DNA of 64,000 nt from Actinomycetales bacterium (GTDB lineage: Bacteria > Actinomycetota > Actinomycetes > S36-B12). Under the pieces are notes generated by a model. That model had not been told where the DNA came from and made no database searches. It saw only the letters and a list, made by a program, of their open reading frames with translations. The translations under genes were made by a program, and so were the position numbers. Of the stretch, positions 18,368 through 28,395 are shown one piece after another. The DNA is taken from the NCBI GenBank assembly GCA_016125355.1, contig WGLX01000006.1, forward strand, positions 37,884-101,883, read 5' to 3'. Each line of letters starts with the position of its first letter. Position 1 is the first letter of the stretch.

Positions 18368-20773
18368 TCAGTGCTTCACCACGCCTACCGACGTCCCGCG
18401 TGGGATGACCGCGGCGTCCCCGCTCTCGTCGGAACGGATCACGAGCGCGCCCGCCGACTGCCACGCCTCGACGGTCCGGTCGGCCGGCTGCCCATACCCG
18501 TTGTCGGCCCCGACGCTGATGAGGGCGACCGCGGCAGGGGCCGCCCGCGGCAAGCCGGACCACTGCCGCGCGGAGCCGTGGTGCGGCACCTTGACCACGT
18601 CGTAGAGCCCGTCCAGGTCCGGTGCCACGGCGACCTGCCCCTCGGTCTCGATGTCGCCGGTCAGAAGCACCCGACGCTCCCCCACCCTGGCCTCCAGCAC
18701 AACGCTGGTGTTGTTGGCCGCTGAGCCAGCGGTGATACGCCGGCGCGGCGCGAGCACGTGGATGTCGAGTGGGCCCACCTGCCACCGATCTCCGGCGACC
18801 GCGGAGGTCAGCACTACCCCTGCGGCAGCCAGCTGTCGACGCGTCTGCACGGCCTCGTCGGCCGGTTCGTCCAGCGGCGAGGCAACGACCCGGCCGATGG
18901 CGCGATGCCGGAGCACTCCGGCGAGGCCACCCACGTGATCCGCGTGGAAGTGGGTGAGGACGAGCAGCGGCACGGAGTCGATGCCGGCCTCGCGCAGGCA
19001 GCGGTCCGCCGCGTCCGGGTCCGGCCCGGTATCGACCACCACGGCCGACCCCGGGAGCGCCGGGAGCAGCAACATGTCGCCCTGCCCGACGTCGCACATC
19101 AGGGCGAACCAGCCGGGAGGCGGCCAGCCACGTCGCGCCGGTGGTTCGAGGACCGCCATGACGAGCAGCAGAACAAGGCCGACGATGCCGGCGACGTGAA
19201 GGGGATGCGGCACCCGACGCCGGACCGACCAGGCAAGGAAGCCGAGACCTCCCGATGCGGCCAGCAGGCCCACCCCAGCCCAGCCAGTCGGCCACGGCAG
19301 GCCCGAGAGGGGCAGTTGCGGAGCAACGCGCGCGACGAGCGCGATCCAGCCCGCGGGCCAGGCGGCCAGCCACCCGAGGGCAACCCCGAGGGCCGGCAGC
19401 AGGGGGGACAGCACAGCGGCGGCCAGGCCGAGGATCGTCACCACGGGGACCACGGGCATGGCCGCGACGTTCGCCGGCACGGCGACCCAGCCGGCGGCGC
19501 CGCCCATGCCGATGAGCAGGGGCAGCGTCGCCAGCTGCGCCGCCAGGGTCAGCGTGACGGCTTCGGTGAGCCGCGAGCCGAGGAGTGCACCACCGCGGAC
19601 GCGCCCCAGCCGGTCGGCCAAGGGTGGCGCGAGCAGGACCAGGCCGGCCGTCGCCGTCACGGAGAGCGCGAAGCCCCAGGACAGCGCGAGCCAGGGCTGC
19701 ATCAGCACCAATCCGATCACGCCCGCCGACAGGACCGACGGCCCACCACCACGGCCACCAGTGAGCAGCGACCCGACGACGATGGCACCCATGACGCCGG
19801 CCCGCAGGACGCTCGGCTCGGGCCCGACCAGCACGACGTAGTAGGCGAGCACCGCGAGGGCCACGGCGATCTGCAGCCACAGCCGAAGCTGTAGCCACCG
19901 GGCCAGCAGCAGCACCGCCCCCATGACGATGGCCACGTTGCCGCCCGACACGGCAGTCAGGTGCGACAGGCCGCTCGCCCGCATGGCCTCCCGGAGCTCC
20001 CCCGACTGCCCGGACTCGTCGCCGACCGCCAGCCCGGCGACCAGCGAGCCCGCGTCCGGACCGACGGACGCCACGGAGGCCCGCAGCCCGTCCCGCATGT
20101 CCTGCGCGAGCGTCGCGACAGGCCCCGGTGCCTGCAGGACATCGACACCGGAGACCTGCAGCCGGGCCACGGCTCCGCGCTGCCAGGACGTCGTTCCGAG
20201 CCGCCCACGAACGCGGACGAGGGACCCGGGCGGTGGAGCGGCAGACGTGGCGGGCAGGCGGAGGACGAGTGGCACCGAGCCGGTCACCTCCACCCCGCGG
20301 GACAGCAGGGCCCGGGCGGTCATCGGGGCCTCCTGCCAGGTTCGCGGCCCGAACCCGGCGGCGGACCGCAGCGTCCGCACCCGGGCCTCCGCAGTCACCT
20401 CGCCGACCGCGACGGTCGTCGCCCGCTGCTCGATCCATGCCGCCACGGGCGAATCGAGCGCCGTCGCCACCCACGCCCCGGCCGCGGCCGTGCTGATCGC
20501 AAGGAATGCGGCGGCCAGGAACCCATACCCGGCGACACCGCCGACGCGGCGACCCGGTCTCGCGATCCGCCATGCCCCAGCCACCAGCATCAGCGACGCG
20601 AGCGCGATGACCGAGACGATCACCAGGAGCGTGGCCCATCGCCCCGCGGCCTGTGCGCCGGGGGCGGATCCGAGGGCACCCACGCTGATGGCGGCGCCCA
20701 GCCAGGTCGCGCAGGCAGGAACCAGGAGGCGGCCGTCGCGGCGGTGAGCGGCGTCAGACGTGGACGAGCCCAC
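18368..20773 (-). CDS. comEC: DNA internalization-related competence protein ComEC/Rec2
   Basis: A polytopic membrane core followed by a metallo-beta-lactamase domain (LVLTHFHADHVGG...VKVPHHGS). I trimmed the start to the GTG at 20773. The rest of the 1012-aa ORF overlaps comEA in another frame. Confidence 0.8.
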   Translation of the reverse strand: MGSSTSDAAHRRDGRLLVPACATWLGAAISVGALGSAPGAQAAGRWATLLVIVSVIALASLMLVAGAWRIARPGRRVGGVAGYGFLAAAFLAISTAAAGAWVATALDSPVAAWIEQRATTVAVGEVTAEARVRTLRSAAGFGPRTWQEAPMTARALLSRGVEVTGSVPLVLRLPATSAAPPPGSLVRVRGRLGTTSWQRGAVARLQVSGVDVLQAPGPVATLAQDMRDGLRASVASVGPDAGSLVAGLAVGDESGQSGELREAMRASGLSHLTAVSGGNVAIVMGAVLLLARWLQLRLWLQIAVALAVLAYYVVLVGPEPSVLRAGVMGAIVVGSLLTGGRGGGPSVLSAGVIGLVLMQPWLALSWGFALSVTATAGLVLLAPPLADRLGRVRGGALLGSRLTEAVTLTLAAQLATLPLLIGMGGAAGWVAVPANVAAMPVVPVVTILGLAAAVLSPLLPALGVALGWLAAWPAGWIALVARVAPQLPLSGLPWPTGWAGVGLLAASGGLGFLAWSVRRRVPHPLHVAGIVGLVLLLVMAVLEPPARRGWPPPGWFALMCDVGQGDMLLLPALPGSAVVVDTGPDPDAADRCLREAGIDSVPLLVLTHFHADHVGGLAGVLRHRAIGRVVASPLDEPADEAVQTRRQLAAAGVVLTSAVAGDRWQVGPLDIHVLAPRRRITAGSAANNTSVVLEARVGERRVLLTGDIETEGQVAVAPDLDGLYDVVKVPHHGSARQWSGLPRAAPAAVALISVGADNGYGQPADRTVEAWQSAGALVIRSDESGDAAVIPRGTSVGVVKH

Positions 20774-21563
20774 GGACCTGGTCGAGAACCGAGGGCCCGA
20801 TCCCGGACACCTCCGCAAGCTCGTCGACCGAGCGGAAGGCCCCGTGCGCCGATCGCCACGCGACGATCCGACCGGCGATGACGGGGCCGATTCCCGGCAG
20901 GGTGTCGAGGACCTCGGCACTGGCCGTGTTGAGGTCGATCTGCAGGGGGGTGCCGTTCGAGCCCTGGTCTCCCGGCGCACCTGCGGGGGCGGTGACCCCC
21001 GATCCGGGAAGGGTGGGCCTTCCGACCGCCACCTGCTCGCCATCGACAACCAGCCGGGCGAGGTTGACCGTGTCCGCGGCGCGCGCTCGCGTGACCCCGC
21101 CAGCCGCCTCGATGGCGTCCGCGACCCGCGAGCCGGCCGGCAGTCGGACGAGTCCCGGATGCGCCACGAGTCCGACGACATGGACCACGAGGCTCGGACT
21201 CGGTGACGGTTCGGGCGACGCGGTTCCCGGGAGGGGCGGCGCGGACGGGGTCGCAGCCACGGCGGACGTCGATACCTCGGTGAGGCCAGGAATCGGGGTG
21301 CCCTGGGCACGGGGTACGGAGGCCTCCGCGACGGCTCGCGGGCGTCCCGACCACGCCTGGTAGCCCATGACCACGAGGACAGCGACGACCAGGAGGGCCA
21401 GGCCACGCAGCGCCGGTGCTCGCCACTCCGCGAAGCGGATGCGTGGCGGCGGATCCGGCACCCGATCGGTCCGCTCCGCAGCGCCCGATCCCGTCCACGT
21501 GGTCGCCAGCCTCTGCAGCCGACGTTCCACGGGCTCTCGGGATCGCGAGCGGTTCATGACCAT
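20754..21563 (-). CDS. comEA: ComEA family DNA-binding protein
   Basis: N-terminal TM segment, SLBB-like region (VRLPAGSRVADAIEAAGG) and C-terminal tandem helix-hairpin-helix (IDLNTASAEVLDTLPGIGPVIA...). Confidence 0.85.
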   Translation of the reverse strand: MVMNRSRSREPVERRLQRLATTWTGSGAAERTDRVPDPPPRIRFAEWRAPALRGLALLVVAVLVVMGYQAWSGRPRAVAEASVPRAQGTPIPGLTEVSTSAVAATPSAPPLPGTASPEPSPSPSLVVHVVGLVAHPGLVRLPAGSRVADAIEAAGGVTRARAADTVNLARLVVDGEQVAVGRPTLPGSGVTAPAGAPGDQGSNGTPLQIDLNTASAEVLDTLPGIGPVIAGRIVAWRSAHGAFRSVDELAEVSGIGPSVLDQVRGLVHV

Positions 21564-21652
21564 GCGAGGACGCTAGGAGCGTCGAGTGGCAGCAATCTCC
21601 CGGTGGCGCTGGCTGGGGACCGTCGACCACGACGCGCTCACCTGTGGACGGC

Positions 21653-22258
21653 TCAGGACCTGGGGCGAACCGCCCCCAGCACCTGGCGGATGTTCCGCTG
21701 GTGGCGGACGAGCACGACCACGGCGAGGACGACCGAGAACCACATGTCGTTCACGTCGAACCAGCCCGCCGCCCAGGCCACGAGGGCCCCGACGATCAAC
21801 GTGAGGGCCCCGAGGACCGCGCCGAGGCCGACCCGGTGCCACACCGCCACCCCGATGCCGAAGGCGATCAGGACCGGGATGGCCATCAGCGGCTCAACGC
21901 CGAGGATGGCGCCCAGCGTGGTGGCCACGCCCTTACCGCCCCGGCCCTTGAGGAACGGCGAGGTGACGTGCCCGATCACGGCCGCAATACCGGCGATCTC
22001 ACCTGCGGTCTGGCTCACCAACACCGCGAAGGCGAAGGCGGGGACGAAGCCCTTGAGGATGTCGAGGGCGCCGACGACCACGCCCCACTTCGGTCCCAAC
22101 GCCCGCCCGACGTTGGTGGCGCCGGGGTTCCCCGACCCGGTGGCCCGCAGGTCGACGTGGAAGATTCTGGCCACGATCGCCGCCGGATTGACCGCCCCGA
22201 GGCCGTAGCCGACCCCCGCGGCGATCAGCCCCACGAGCCACGGCTGCAGGTCCATCAC
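21653..22258 (-). CDS. plsY: Glycerol-3-phosphate acyltransferase PlsY
   Basis: GSGNPGATNVGRALG and ILKG motifs in a 5-TM small protein. The start overlaps the degV stop. Confidence 0.9.
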   Translation of the reverse strand: MMDLQPWLVGLIAAGVGYGLGAVNPAAIVARIFHVDLRATGSGNPGATNVGRALGPKWGVVVGALDILKGFVPAFAFAVLVSQTAGEIAGIAAVIGHVTSPFLKGRGGKGVATTLGAILGVEPLMAIPVLIAFGIGVAVWHRVGLGAVLGALTLIVGALVAWAAGWFDVNDMWFSVVLAVVVLVRHQRNIRQVLGAVRPRS

Positions 22259-23145
22259 GACTCCTGCGGATCGTCGACGACCGCGGACTCGAGGCGCGGG
22301 GCCACCACGACGGCCACCATTCCCGGGCCCACGTGGGCGCCCACGACCCCGCCCACGACCCCCTCGATGACCTCGGCCTCGGGTAGGCGACCCCGCAGCC
22401 GGTGAGCCAGGTCGCTGGCGCGCTCGGGAGCCCCGAGATGCTGCACGGCCACGTCCACCTGACCATGTCCCGCGGCGACGACAGCCATCTCCTCCAGGCG
22501 AGCCAACGCCTTGGCGGCCGTGCGCACCTGGTCCAGACGGACGACATGCCCGTCTTGCACGCCGAGCAGAGGCTTGACCTGCAGGGCCTGGCCCACGGCA
22601 GCCCTCGTCGCGCTGATCCGACCTCCTCGGCGCAGGTACTCCAAGGTGTCCACATAGAAGAACACCGAGGACCTCCGAGCGCGGGACTCGATGGTCCGCG
22701 CCACCTCCTCGATCGACGCGCCGGCACGGGCACGCTCGGCGCCGCTGACGACGGCGAAGCCCAGCCCCATGGCAATGCTGCGCGTGTCCACCACCGTGAC
22801 CGGCAGGTCGAACTCCTTCGCCGCCAGGGCGGCCGACTCGTAGGTGGCCGACATCGCAGCCGACAGGGTGGCCACGACGACGGCGGTCGCACCGTCCTGT
22901 GCAGCCTCTTGGTAGGCCTCGAGGAACCGCATCGGCGAGGGTCGCGAGGTCGTCACCGGGTGCCAGGCGGTGAGCGCGTCGGCAACCCGCTGCGCCTGAT
23001 CGTCGTCGGTCTCGTCGAACGGCTGGCCCGCCACGATCACCTGCACGGGAACCACGCGGACGCCCAGGTCTGCCGCCCAGCCCCGAGGCAGGTACGACGT
23101 GGAGTCCGTGACGACAGCGACGCGCTCCTGTGGCACGTCCAGCAC
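22255..23145 (-). CDS. DegV-family fatty-acid-binding protein
   Basis: VAVVTDSTSYLP N-terminus and VDTLEYLRRGGRIS motif. Only the C-terminal 296 codons of the 919-aa ORF are used. The start is GTG 23145, with 23136 or 23199 also possible. Confidence 0.8.
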   Translation of the reverse strand: MLDVPQERVAVVTDSTSYLPRGWAADLGVRVVPVQVIVAGQPFDETDDDQAQRVADALTAWHPVTTSRPSPMRFLEAYQEAAQDGATAVVVATLSAAMSATYESAALAAKEFDLPVTVVDTRSIAMGLGFAVVSGAERARAGASIEEVARTIESRARRSSVFFYVDTLEYLRRGGRISATRAAVGQALQVKPLLGVQDGHVVRLDQVRTAAKALARLEEMAVVAAGHGQVDVAVQHLGAPERASDLAHRLRGRLPEAEVIEGVVGGVVGAHVGPGMVAVVVAPRLESAVVDDPQES

Positions 23146-23241
23146 CCTAGTGCTCACGCACGGCTGGGGCGTCGTCGCAGTTCTGTCGCACCGTGGCATG
23201 GCACGCTGCCGCTCGCAGGGCTGCTCCCTAGCCTCCGTGAG

Positions 23242-24627
23242 GTGACGACGGCCCGTGTTGTGGACGCGAGACTCCGACGCATCAGCGGCGCCGTCGCCCT
23301 CGGCATCCTCGCCGTCAACCTCGACTTCTTCGCCATCCAGACCGCCCTGCCGGTCGCCGCGCAGGAGCTGGGCACGACGACCACCGACCTGCAGTGGGCC
23401 GTGAGCGGCTACCTGCTCTCCATGGCGTGCTTCCTCATCATCAGCGGGCGCATCGCGGACATCTTCGGCCGAAAGCGGTTCCTGTTGATCGGTGCCGTGA
23501 TCTTCGGCGTGACCTCGCTCATCGGCGGAATGGCCGCGACGCCCGAGTTGCTGATCGTCATGCGGGTGCTGCAAGGCGTCGGCGGAGCCTTGCTGTTCCC
23601 CGTGGGGATCTCCGTCATCACCAACGCCTTCCCGGCCGAACGGGTGCAGCGGGCCGTCGGCACCGTCTTCGGGATCGGCGCGGTGGGCACGGCGCTCGGG
23701 CCGCTGATCGCCGGGCTGATCATCCACTTCCTGGGGTGGCGGTGGGTGCTCTGGATCAACGTTCCCGTGTCCGTCGTGGTCATCCTGCTCGTGCTGCGCA
23801 ATGTGACGGAGTCCCGGGACGAGCACGCCGACCGGCGGATCGACTGGTGGGGGCTGGTCCTGGTCGCGGCGTCGGTCGGCTGCTTCACCTACGGCATCGA
23901 CGCCTCCGGTTCGGACGGATGGGCCTCCCCTCACACGATCGCATTCGTCGGCGCGGGGGTCATCGGCTTCCTGGTGCTGGTCGCGGTCGAGCTCCGCGCC
24001 CGCAGTCCCCTGCTCGACCTCGCGCTGTTCCGGATCCGTGAGTTCACCGTCACCGTCATCGCCGGCATTGCGGACAACATGGCAGCGCTCGCCGTGATCT
24101 TCCTGTCCATGACATACCTGCAGGGAGTGCTCAAGGAGAGCGCCCTCGTGGCCGCGCTGGCATTCCTGGCGTTCTCGGTCCCCTACGCCCTGGGCAACCA
24201 GCTCTCCGGGCGCATGTCGGCGTTCCCGTCCTGGCTCGTGATGGCCGTCGCACTCCTGGTCGGTGGCGTGGGCACCTTCCTCATGGGCGTGCTCGACTCG
24301 ATGGCCCTGTTCCTCGTCGCCGCCGCGTTGAGCGGCATCGGCCTCGGCGTGGGCTGGGCGTTCGCCACCGTCGTGACCCAGTCGGTCGTTCCGTCGCAGC
24401 AGGCTGGGCTGGCCTCGGGCCTGGTGCTGACCATCCTGATCGGCATGGGCGGCGTGGCCGTGGCCATCGCGTCCAGCGTGATCGAGGCGCATTCCGGCAG
24501 CACGGCGACGATCGCCACGGCCATCAACTGGGTCTTTGCAGGATTCGGCACGCTGACGGTCCTGGGCGCCCTCCTCGTCACCTTCCTCGGCCGTCGCGGC
24601 GCCGCCGCGGCGCCCCGTCCGGCCTAG
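23242..24627 (+). CDS. MFS transporter, DHA2 (EmrB/QacA-like, 14-TMS) family
   Basis: LDFFAIQTALP, GRIADIFGRKR (motif A-like) and LQGVGGALLFP. I trimmed the start to the GTG at 23242 (23260 is an alternative), because the upstream ORF part is antisense to degV. Confidence 0.8.
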   Translation: MTTARVVDARLRRISGAVALGILAVNLDFFAIQTALPVAAQELGTTTTDLQWAVSGYLLSMACFLIISGRIADIFGRKRFLLIGAVIFGVTSLIGGMAATPELLIVMRVLQGVGGALLFPVGISVITNAFPAERVQRAVGTVFGIGAVGTALGPLIAGLIIHFLGWRWVLWINVPVSVVVILLVLRNVTESRDEHADRRIDWWGLVLVAASVGCFTYGIDASGSDGWASPHTIAFVGAGVIGFLVLVAVELRARSPLLDLALFRIREFTVTVIAGIADNMAALAVIFLSMTYLQGVLKESALVAALAFLAFSVPYALGNQLSGRMSAFPSWLVMAVALLVGGVGTFLMGVLDSMALFLVAAALSGIGLGVGWAFATVVTQSVVPSQQAGLASGLVLTILIGMGGVAVAIASSVIEAHSGSTATIATAINWVFAGFGTLTVLGALLVTFLGRRGAAAAPRPA

Positions 24628-25817
24628 CCGGCCAAGCGCTTCGCGAGGGCCGGGCGGGCCGCCTCCGGGACGACATCCCGCAGCGCGACGGAGGACGAGC
24701 CCACCCAGCGCGCCGCCTCGAGCAGAGCACGGGCCGTGCCGTCGACGGCCGATGCGGACGTCGACTCGAGCGTGACCCGTCGGGCCACCAGCGTGTCGCC
24801 CTCCCGCTTCGGATCCACGCGCGCGACCAGGCGACCCTGGTGCAGCACGGGCATCGCGAAGTAGCCGTGCACCCGCTTGTGGGCCGGGGTGTACGCCTCG
24901 ATCCGGTGGCGCATCCCGAAGATGCGCTCGGCCCGCTCCCGGTACCAGACGAGTGGGTCGAAGGGCGACAGCAGCGTCGTGCGATGACGGTCGCGCCCGG
25001 CCCCGGCAAGCCATGCCAGCGCTTCAGGGTGCGCCCAGGCGCGCGGCCAGCCCTCGACCGCGACCGGAACGAGCCCCGCCTCCTCGGCATGGCGGGACAC
25101 GCTCGCCCTCGGCAGGCGATGCACGTCCGCGATATCCCCGGCCGTTCCGACGCCCATGAGCCGTGCACCCGCGGCGACGAGGCGCGCGTGGCACTGCTCG
25201 TCGGTGAGGTCGTCATGGAGCAGAGCCGACGGGATCGCCCGCTCGGCCAGGTCGTAGGTGCGACGCCAGCCGACCCGCCGCGTGACCACCACCATGCCAA
25301 TGTCCAGCAGCCATTCGAGGCCGATCTTGGCGTCGGACCAGTCCCACCACTCGCCCCCGGTCTTGGCGCCTCCCACGTCAGCCGTCGTGATGGGCCCACG
25401 ATCGCGGATCGTCCCGAGCAGGACGTCCAGGTCGTGCCGCGGGGCGCCGTGCCATCGCTCTCCCTTGGCGCGGAACTCGCGACGGCGGAAGGCGAAGTCC
25501 GGCCACGAGGACATCGGCAGTATGCAGGCCGCGTGCGACCAGTACTCGAAGGCCGCATCGCCCGCCCAGTAGGCGTCCTCGATGGCCGAGCGGCGCACGG
25601 CACCCTGCCGCGCGTAGGCGATCAGCTCGTGCGAACGCGCGAGCACGGAGATCGTGTCCAGCTGCACGGCGCCGAGACGCCCGAGCAGGTCCCTGACATG
25701 CTCCGCCTGCCGTCGCGCGGATGCCCGCTGTGCCTCCCCCGGGGTGGGGAGGGAGCTCAGCAGGCCGGCCGACCACAGGGCCGCACGCCGCGCGTCCTGA
25801 CGCGTGAGCTCGATCAC
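24624..25817 (-). CDS. Winged-helix DNA glycosylase, YcaQ/AlkZ-like family (DUF1006)
   Basis: The family-typical C-terminal stretch ...EAYTPAHKRVHGYFAMPVLHQGRLVARVDPKRE..., at about 400 aa. Confidence 0.6.
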   Translation of the reverse strand: MIELTRQDARRAALWSAGLLSSLPTPGEAQRASARRQAEHVRDLLGRLGAVQLDTISVLARSHELIAYARQGAVRRSAIEDAYWAGDAAFEYWSHAACILPMSSWPDFAFRRREFRAKGERWHGAPRHDLDVLLGTIRDRGPITTADVGGAKTGGEWWDWSDAKIGLEWLLDIGMVVVTRRVGWRRTYDLAERAIPSALLHDDLTDEQCHARLVAAGARLMGVGTAGDIADVHRLPRASVSRHAEEAGLVPVAVEGWPRAWAHPEALAWLAGAGRDRHRTTLLSPFDPLVWYRERAERIFGMRHRIEAYTPAHKRVHGYFAMPVLHQGRLVARVDPKREGDTLVARRVTLESTSASAVDGTARALLEAARWVGSSSVALRDVVPEAARPALAKRLAG

Positions 25818-25834
25818 CCGCGTGCTGACCGTTG

Positions 25835-28318
25835 CTACGCAGGCACGATGTTGACGAGCTTGGGCGCCCGCACGATCACCGTGCGGATGTCACGTCCCTC
25901 CAGGGCCTTGACCACGCCCGGCGCCGCCAGGGCCAGCGCGCGCAGCTCGTCCTCGGTGATGATCGGCGGCACCTCGAGTCGATCGCGGACCTTTCCCGCC
26001 ACCTGAACAACGCAGGTGACCGACTCCTCGACGAGGAGCGCAGGATCCACGTCCGGCCAGCCGGCCAGCGCGACGCTCGGACCGTGCCCGAGGCGGGCCC
26101 ACATGTCCTCGGCCGTGTACGGGGCCACCAGCGAGAGCATCACGGCCACGGCCTCCACCGCCTCCCGTACCGCGGGATCCTCGGGACCGCAGCCGGTGTC
26201 GATGGCCTTGCGCGTGGCGTTCACCAGTTCCATCGTGCGCGCGACGGCAACGTTGAACCGCAGCGACTCGAGCGCCTGCGCAGCGTCGTGCACGGCCTTG
26301 TGGGTCACCTTGCGCAGGTCCGGGTCACCCGTCTCCACATCGACGCCGGGCGCGCTGGCGACGTCGCCCGCGAGCCGCCACGCCCGGGCCAGGAACTTCC
26401 GGGAACCCGACGGGGACACCTCGGCCCAGTCGATGTCGTCCTCGGGGGGCCCGGCGAACACCATGGTCAAGCGGATGGCATCGACGCCGTGGTCGGCGAG
26501 CTCATCGGACAGCCGCACCAGGTTGCCGCGCGACTTGCTCATGGCGGACCCATCCATCACCACCATGCCCTGGTTCAGCAGGCGGGTGAACGGCTCGGTG
26601 AAGTCGAGCAGGCCCATGTCGTGCAGCACCTTGGTGAAGAACCGCGAGTACAGCAGGTGCAGGATCGCGTGCGTGACGCCGCCGACGTACTGATCGACGG
26701 GGAGCCAGCGCCGGACCTCGGCGGGGTCGAATGCGGCCTGCTCGTTGTTCGGATCGGCGTAGCGCAGGTAGTACCACGACGAGTCCACGAAGGTGTCCAT
26801 CGTGTCGGTGTCGCGCAGCGCCGGACCGCCGCAGGTCGGGCAGGTGGTGTTGACCCACTCGGTCGCGGCACCGAGCGGCGACGTGCCCTTCGGCTTGAGA
26901 TCCAAGCCCTCGGCCGGGGGCAGGGTCACCGGCAGTTGGTCCTCAGGGACGGGTACCTCACCGCACGACGGGCAGTGGACGATGGGAATCGGCGTGCCCC
27001 AGTAGCGCTGACGAGAGATCAGCCAGTCGCGCAGCCGGTAGTTGATGGCCGGGCGTCCGGTTCCCCGCTCCTCGAGGATCGCGATGATCGCGTCGATCGC
27101 CTCCTGCTTGTCGAGGCCATCGAGCGGACCGGAGTTGACGTGGGGGCCGTCGTCGGCCGTCGCGAAGCCGGTCTGCGAGGGGTCCTCCCCCGCCTCGACC
27201 ACCACGCGCACGTCGAGTCCGAAGGTCCGTGCGAAGTCGAGGTCGCGCTGGTCGTGCGCGGGCACAGCCATGATGGCGCCGGTTCCGTAGTCGGACAGCA
27301 CGTAGTCCGACGCCCACACGGGGATCCGCTCGCCGTTCACGGGGTTGATGGCATAGCGCTCCAGGAAGACGCCCGTCTTCTCGCGGCCGGAGTCGAGGCG
27401 ATCCATCTCCGAGGTCTGCTTGACCTTCTCCAGGTACTGCGCGAACTCGGCCTCGGCCGACGTGCCGGCGGCCAACTCGGCCGCCAGGTCGGAGTCGGCA
27501 GCCACCACGAAGAACGTCGCCCCGAACAGGGTGTCGGGCCTGGTCGTGTAGACCGTGACCGGCTCGTCCCGCCCTTCGATGGCGAATTCCACCTCGGCGC
27601 CCGTGGACCGGCCGATCCAGTTGCGCTGCATGAGCAGCACCTTCTCCGGCCACTTGCCCTCGAGCTGCTCCATGTCGTCGAGCAGCCGATCCGCGTAGTC
27701 GGTGATGCGCAGGTACCACTGGGTCAGCTTCTTCTTGGTGACCGGGGTGTCGCAGCGCTCGCACAGTTCGGCGACCACCTGCTCATTGGCCAGAACGGTC
27801 TGGCAGTTGGGGCACCAGTTGACGTTGCTGTCCTTGCGGTAGGCAAGGCCACGCTCGAACATCTGCAGGAAGAACCACTGGTTCCAGCGGTAGTACTCCG
27901 GATCGCAGGTGTTGAAGACCCGATCCCAGTCGAAGGAGCAGGCGAAGCGCCGCATCGAGGCCTTCTGCTGCGCGATGTTCTCGTACGTCCAGGCCACCGG
28001 ATCCGCACCGCGCTTGATGGCGGCGTTCTCCGCGGGCAGGCCGAACGCGTCCCAGCCGATGGGGTGCATGACGTTGAAGCCGCGCTGCACCCAATAGCGG
28101 GCGATGACGTCGCCGAGCGCGTAGGCCTCGGCATGGCCCATGTGGAGGTCGCCGGAGGGGTAGGGGAACATGTCGAGGACGTACTTCCGCGGGCGCGGGT
28201 CGTCCGGGCGTCCGGAGCGGAAGGGCGCGAGGTCGTCCCACACCGGCAGCCAGCGTTCCTGGATCGCGGCGAAGTCGTAGGCCTCAGACGTGCCCTCGGG
28301 GTCCTGCGTGACCGTCAC
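25835..28318 (-). CDS. leuS: Leucine--tRNA ligase
   Basis: [13 protein letters not shown] (HIGH) and SKSRGN (KMSKS-like) motifs in an 827-aa class I synthetase architecture. Confidence 0.95.
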   Translation of the reverse strand: MTVTQDPEGTSEAYDFAAIQERWLPVWDDLAPFRSGRPDDPRPRKYVLDMFPYPSGDLHMGHAEAYALGDVIARYWVQRGFNVMHPIGWDAFGLPAENAAIKRGADPVAWTYENIAQQKASMRRFACSFDWDRVFNTCDPEYYRWNQWFFLQMFERGLAYRKDSNVNWCPNCQTVLANEQVVAELCERCDTPVTKKKLTQWYLRITDYADRLLDDMEQLEGKWPEKVLLMQRNWIGRSTGAEVEFAIEGRDEPVTVYTTRPDTLFGATFFVVAADSDLAAELAAGTSAEAEFAQYLEKVKQTSEMDRLDSGREKTGVFLERYAINPVNGERIPVWASDYVLSDYGTGAIMAVPAHDQRDLDFARTFGLDVRVVVEAGEDPSQTGFATADDGPHVNSGPLDGLDKQEAIDAIIAILEERGTGRPAINYRLRDWLISRQRYWGTPIPIVHCPSCGEVPVPEDQLPVTLPPAEGLDLKPKGTSPLGAATEWVNTTCPTCGGPALRDTDTMDTFVDSSWYYLRYADPNNEQAAFDPAEVRRWLPVDQYVGGVTHAILHLLYSRFFTKVLHDMGLLDFTEPFTRLLNQGMVVMDGSAMSKSRGNLVRLSDELADHGVDAIRLTMVFAGPPEDDIDWAEVSPSGSRKFLARAWRLAGDVASAPGVDVETGDPDLRKVTHKAVHDAAQALESLRFNVAVARTMELVNATRKAIDTGCGPEDPAVREAVEAVAVMLSLVAPYTAEDMWARLGHGPSVALAGWPDVDPALLVEESVTCVVQVAGKVRDRLEVPPIITEDELRALALAAPGVVKALEGRDIRTVIVRAPKLVNIVPA

Positions 28319-28395
28319 GGGTCGAGCTCCTTCTGCGGATCGGATGCCCGCTCACCCTACCGAGGAGGCTGGTGCCCTCCTCACGCCGGAGCGGC

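Noticed and set aside
18285-20639. 784-aa ORF on the minus strand, in another frame of comEC
   Set aside because: It gives an Arg/Gly/Ala/Pro-rich out-of-frame translation of comEC with no membrane or MBL motifs.
20774-21406. N-terminal roughly 210 codons of the 1012-aa comEC ORF
   Set aside because: This part overlaps comEA in a different frame, and comEA has clear SLBB and HhH motifs there. The ComEC membrane core begins near a GTG at 20773.
24624-24627. Overlapping convergent stop codons (CTAG) of the MFS transporter and the YcaQ-like gene
   Set aside because: This is a trivial consequence of the palindromic CTAG and carries no functional implication I can support.
23146-25014. N-terminal roughly 620 codons of the 919-aa ORF ending in degV
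   Set aside because: This part is antisense to the MFS transporter and overlaps YcaQ. Only the last 296 codons show DegV motifs.
28362-28383. Hairpin GAGGAGG-N7-CCTCCTC between the IPT/TIG gene stop and the leuS start
   Set aside because: The stem is short and there is no U-tract. It could be a weak terminator or part of the leuS leader, but the evidence is insufficient.
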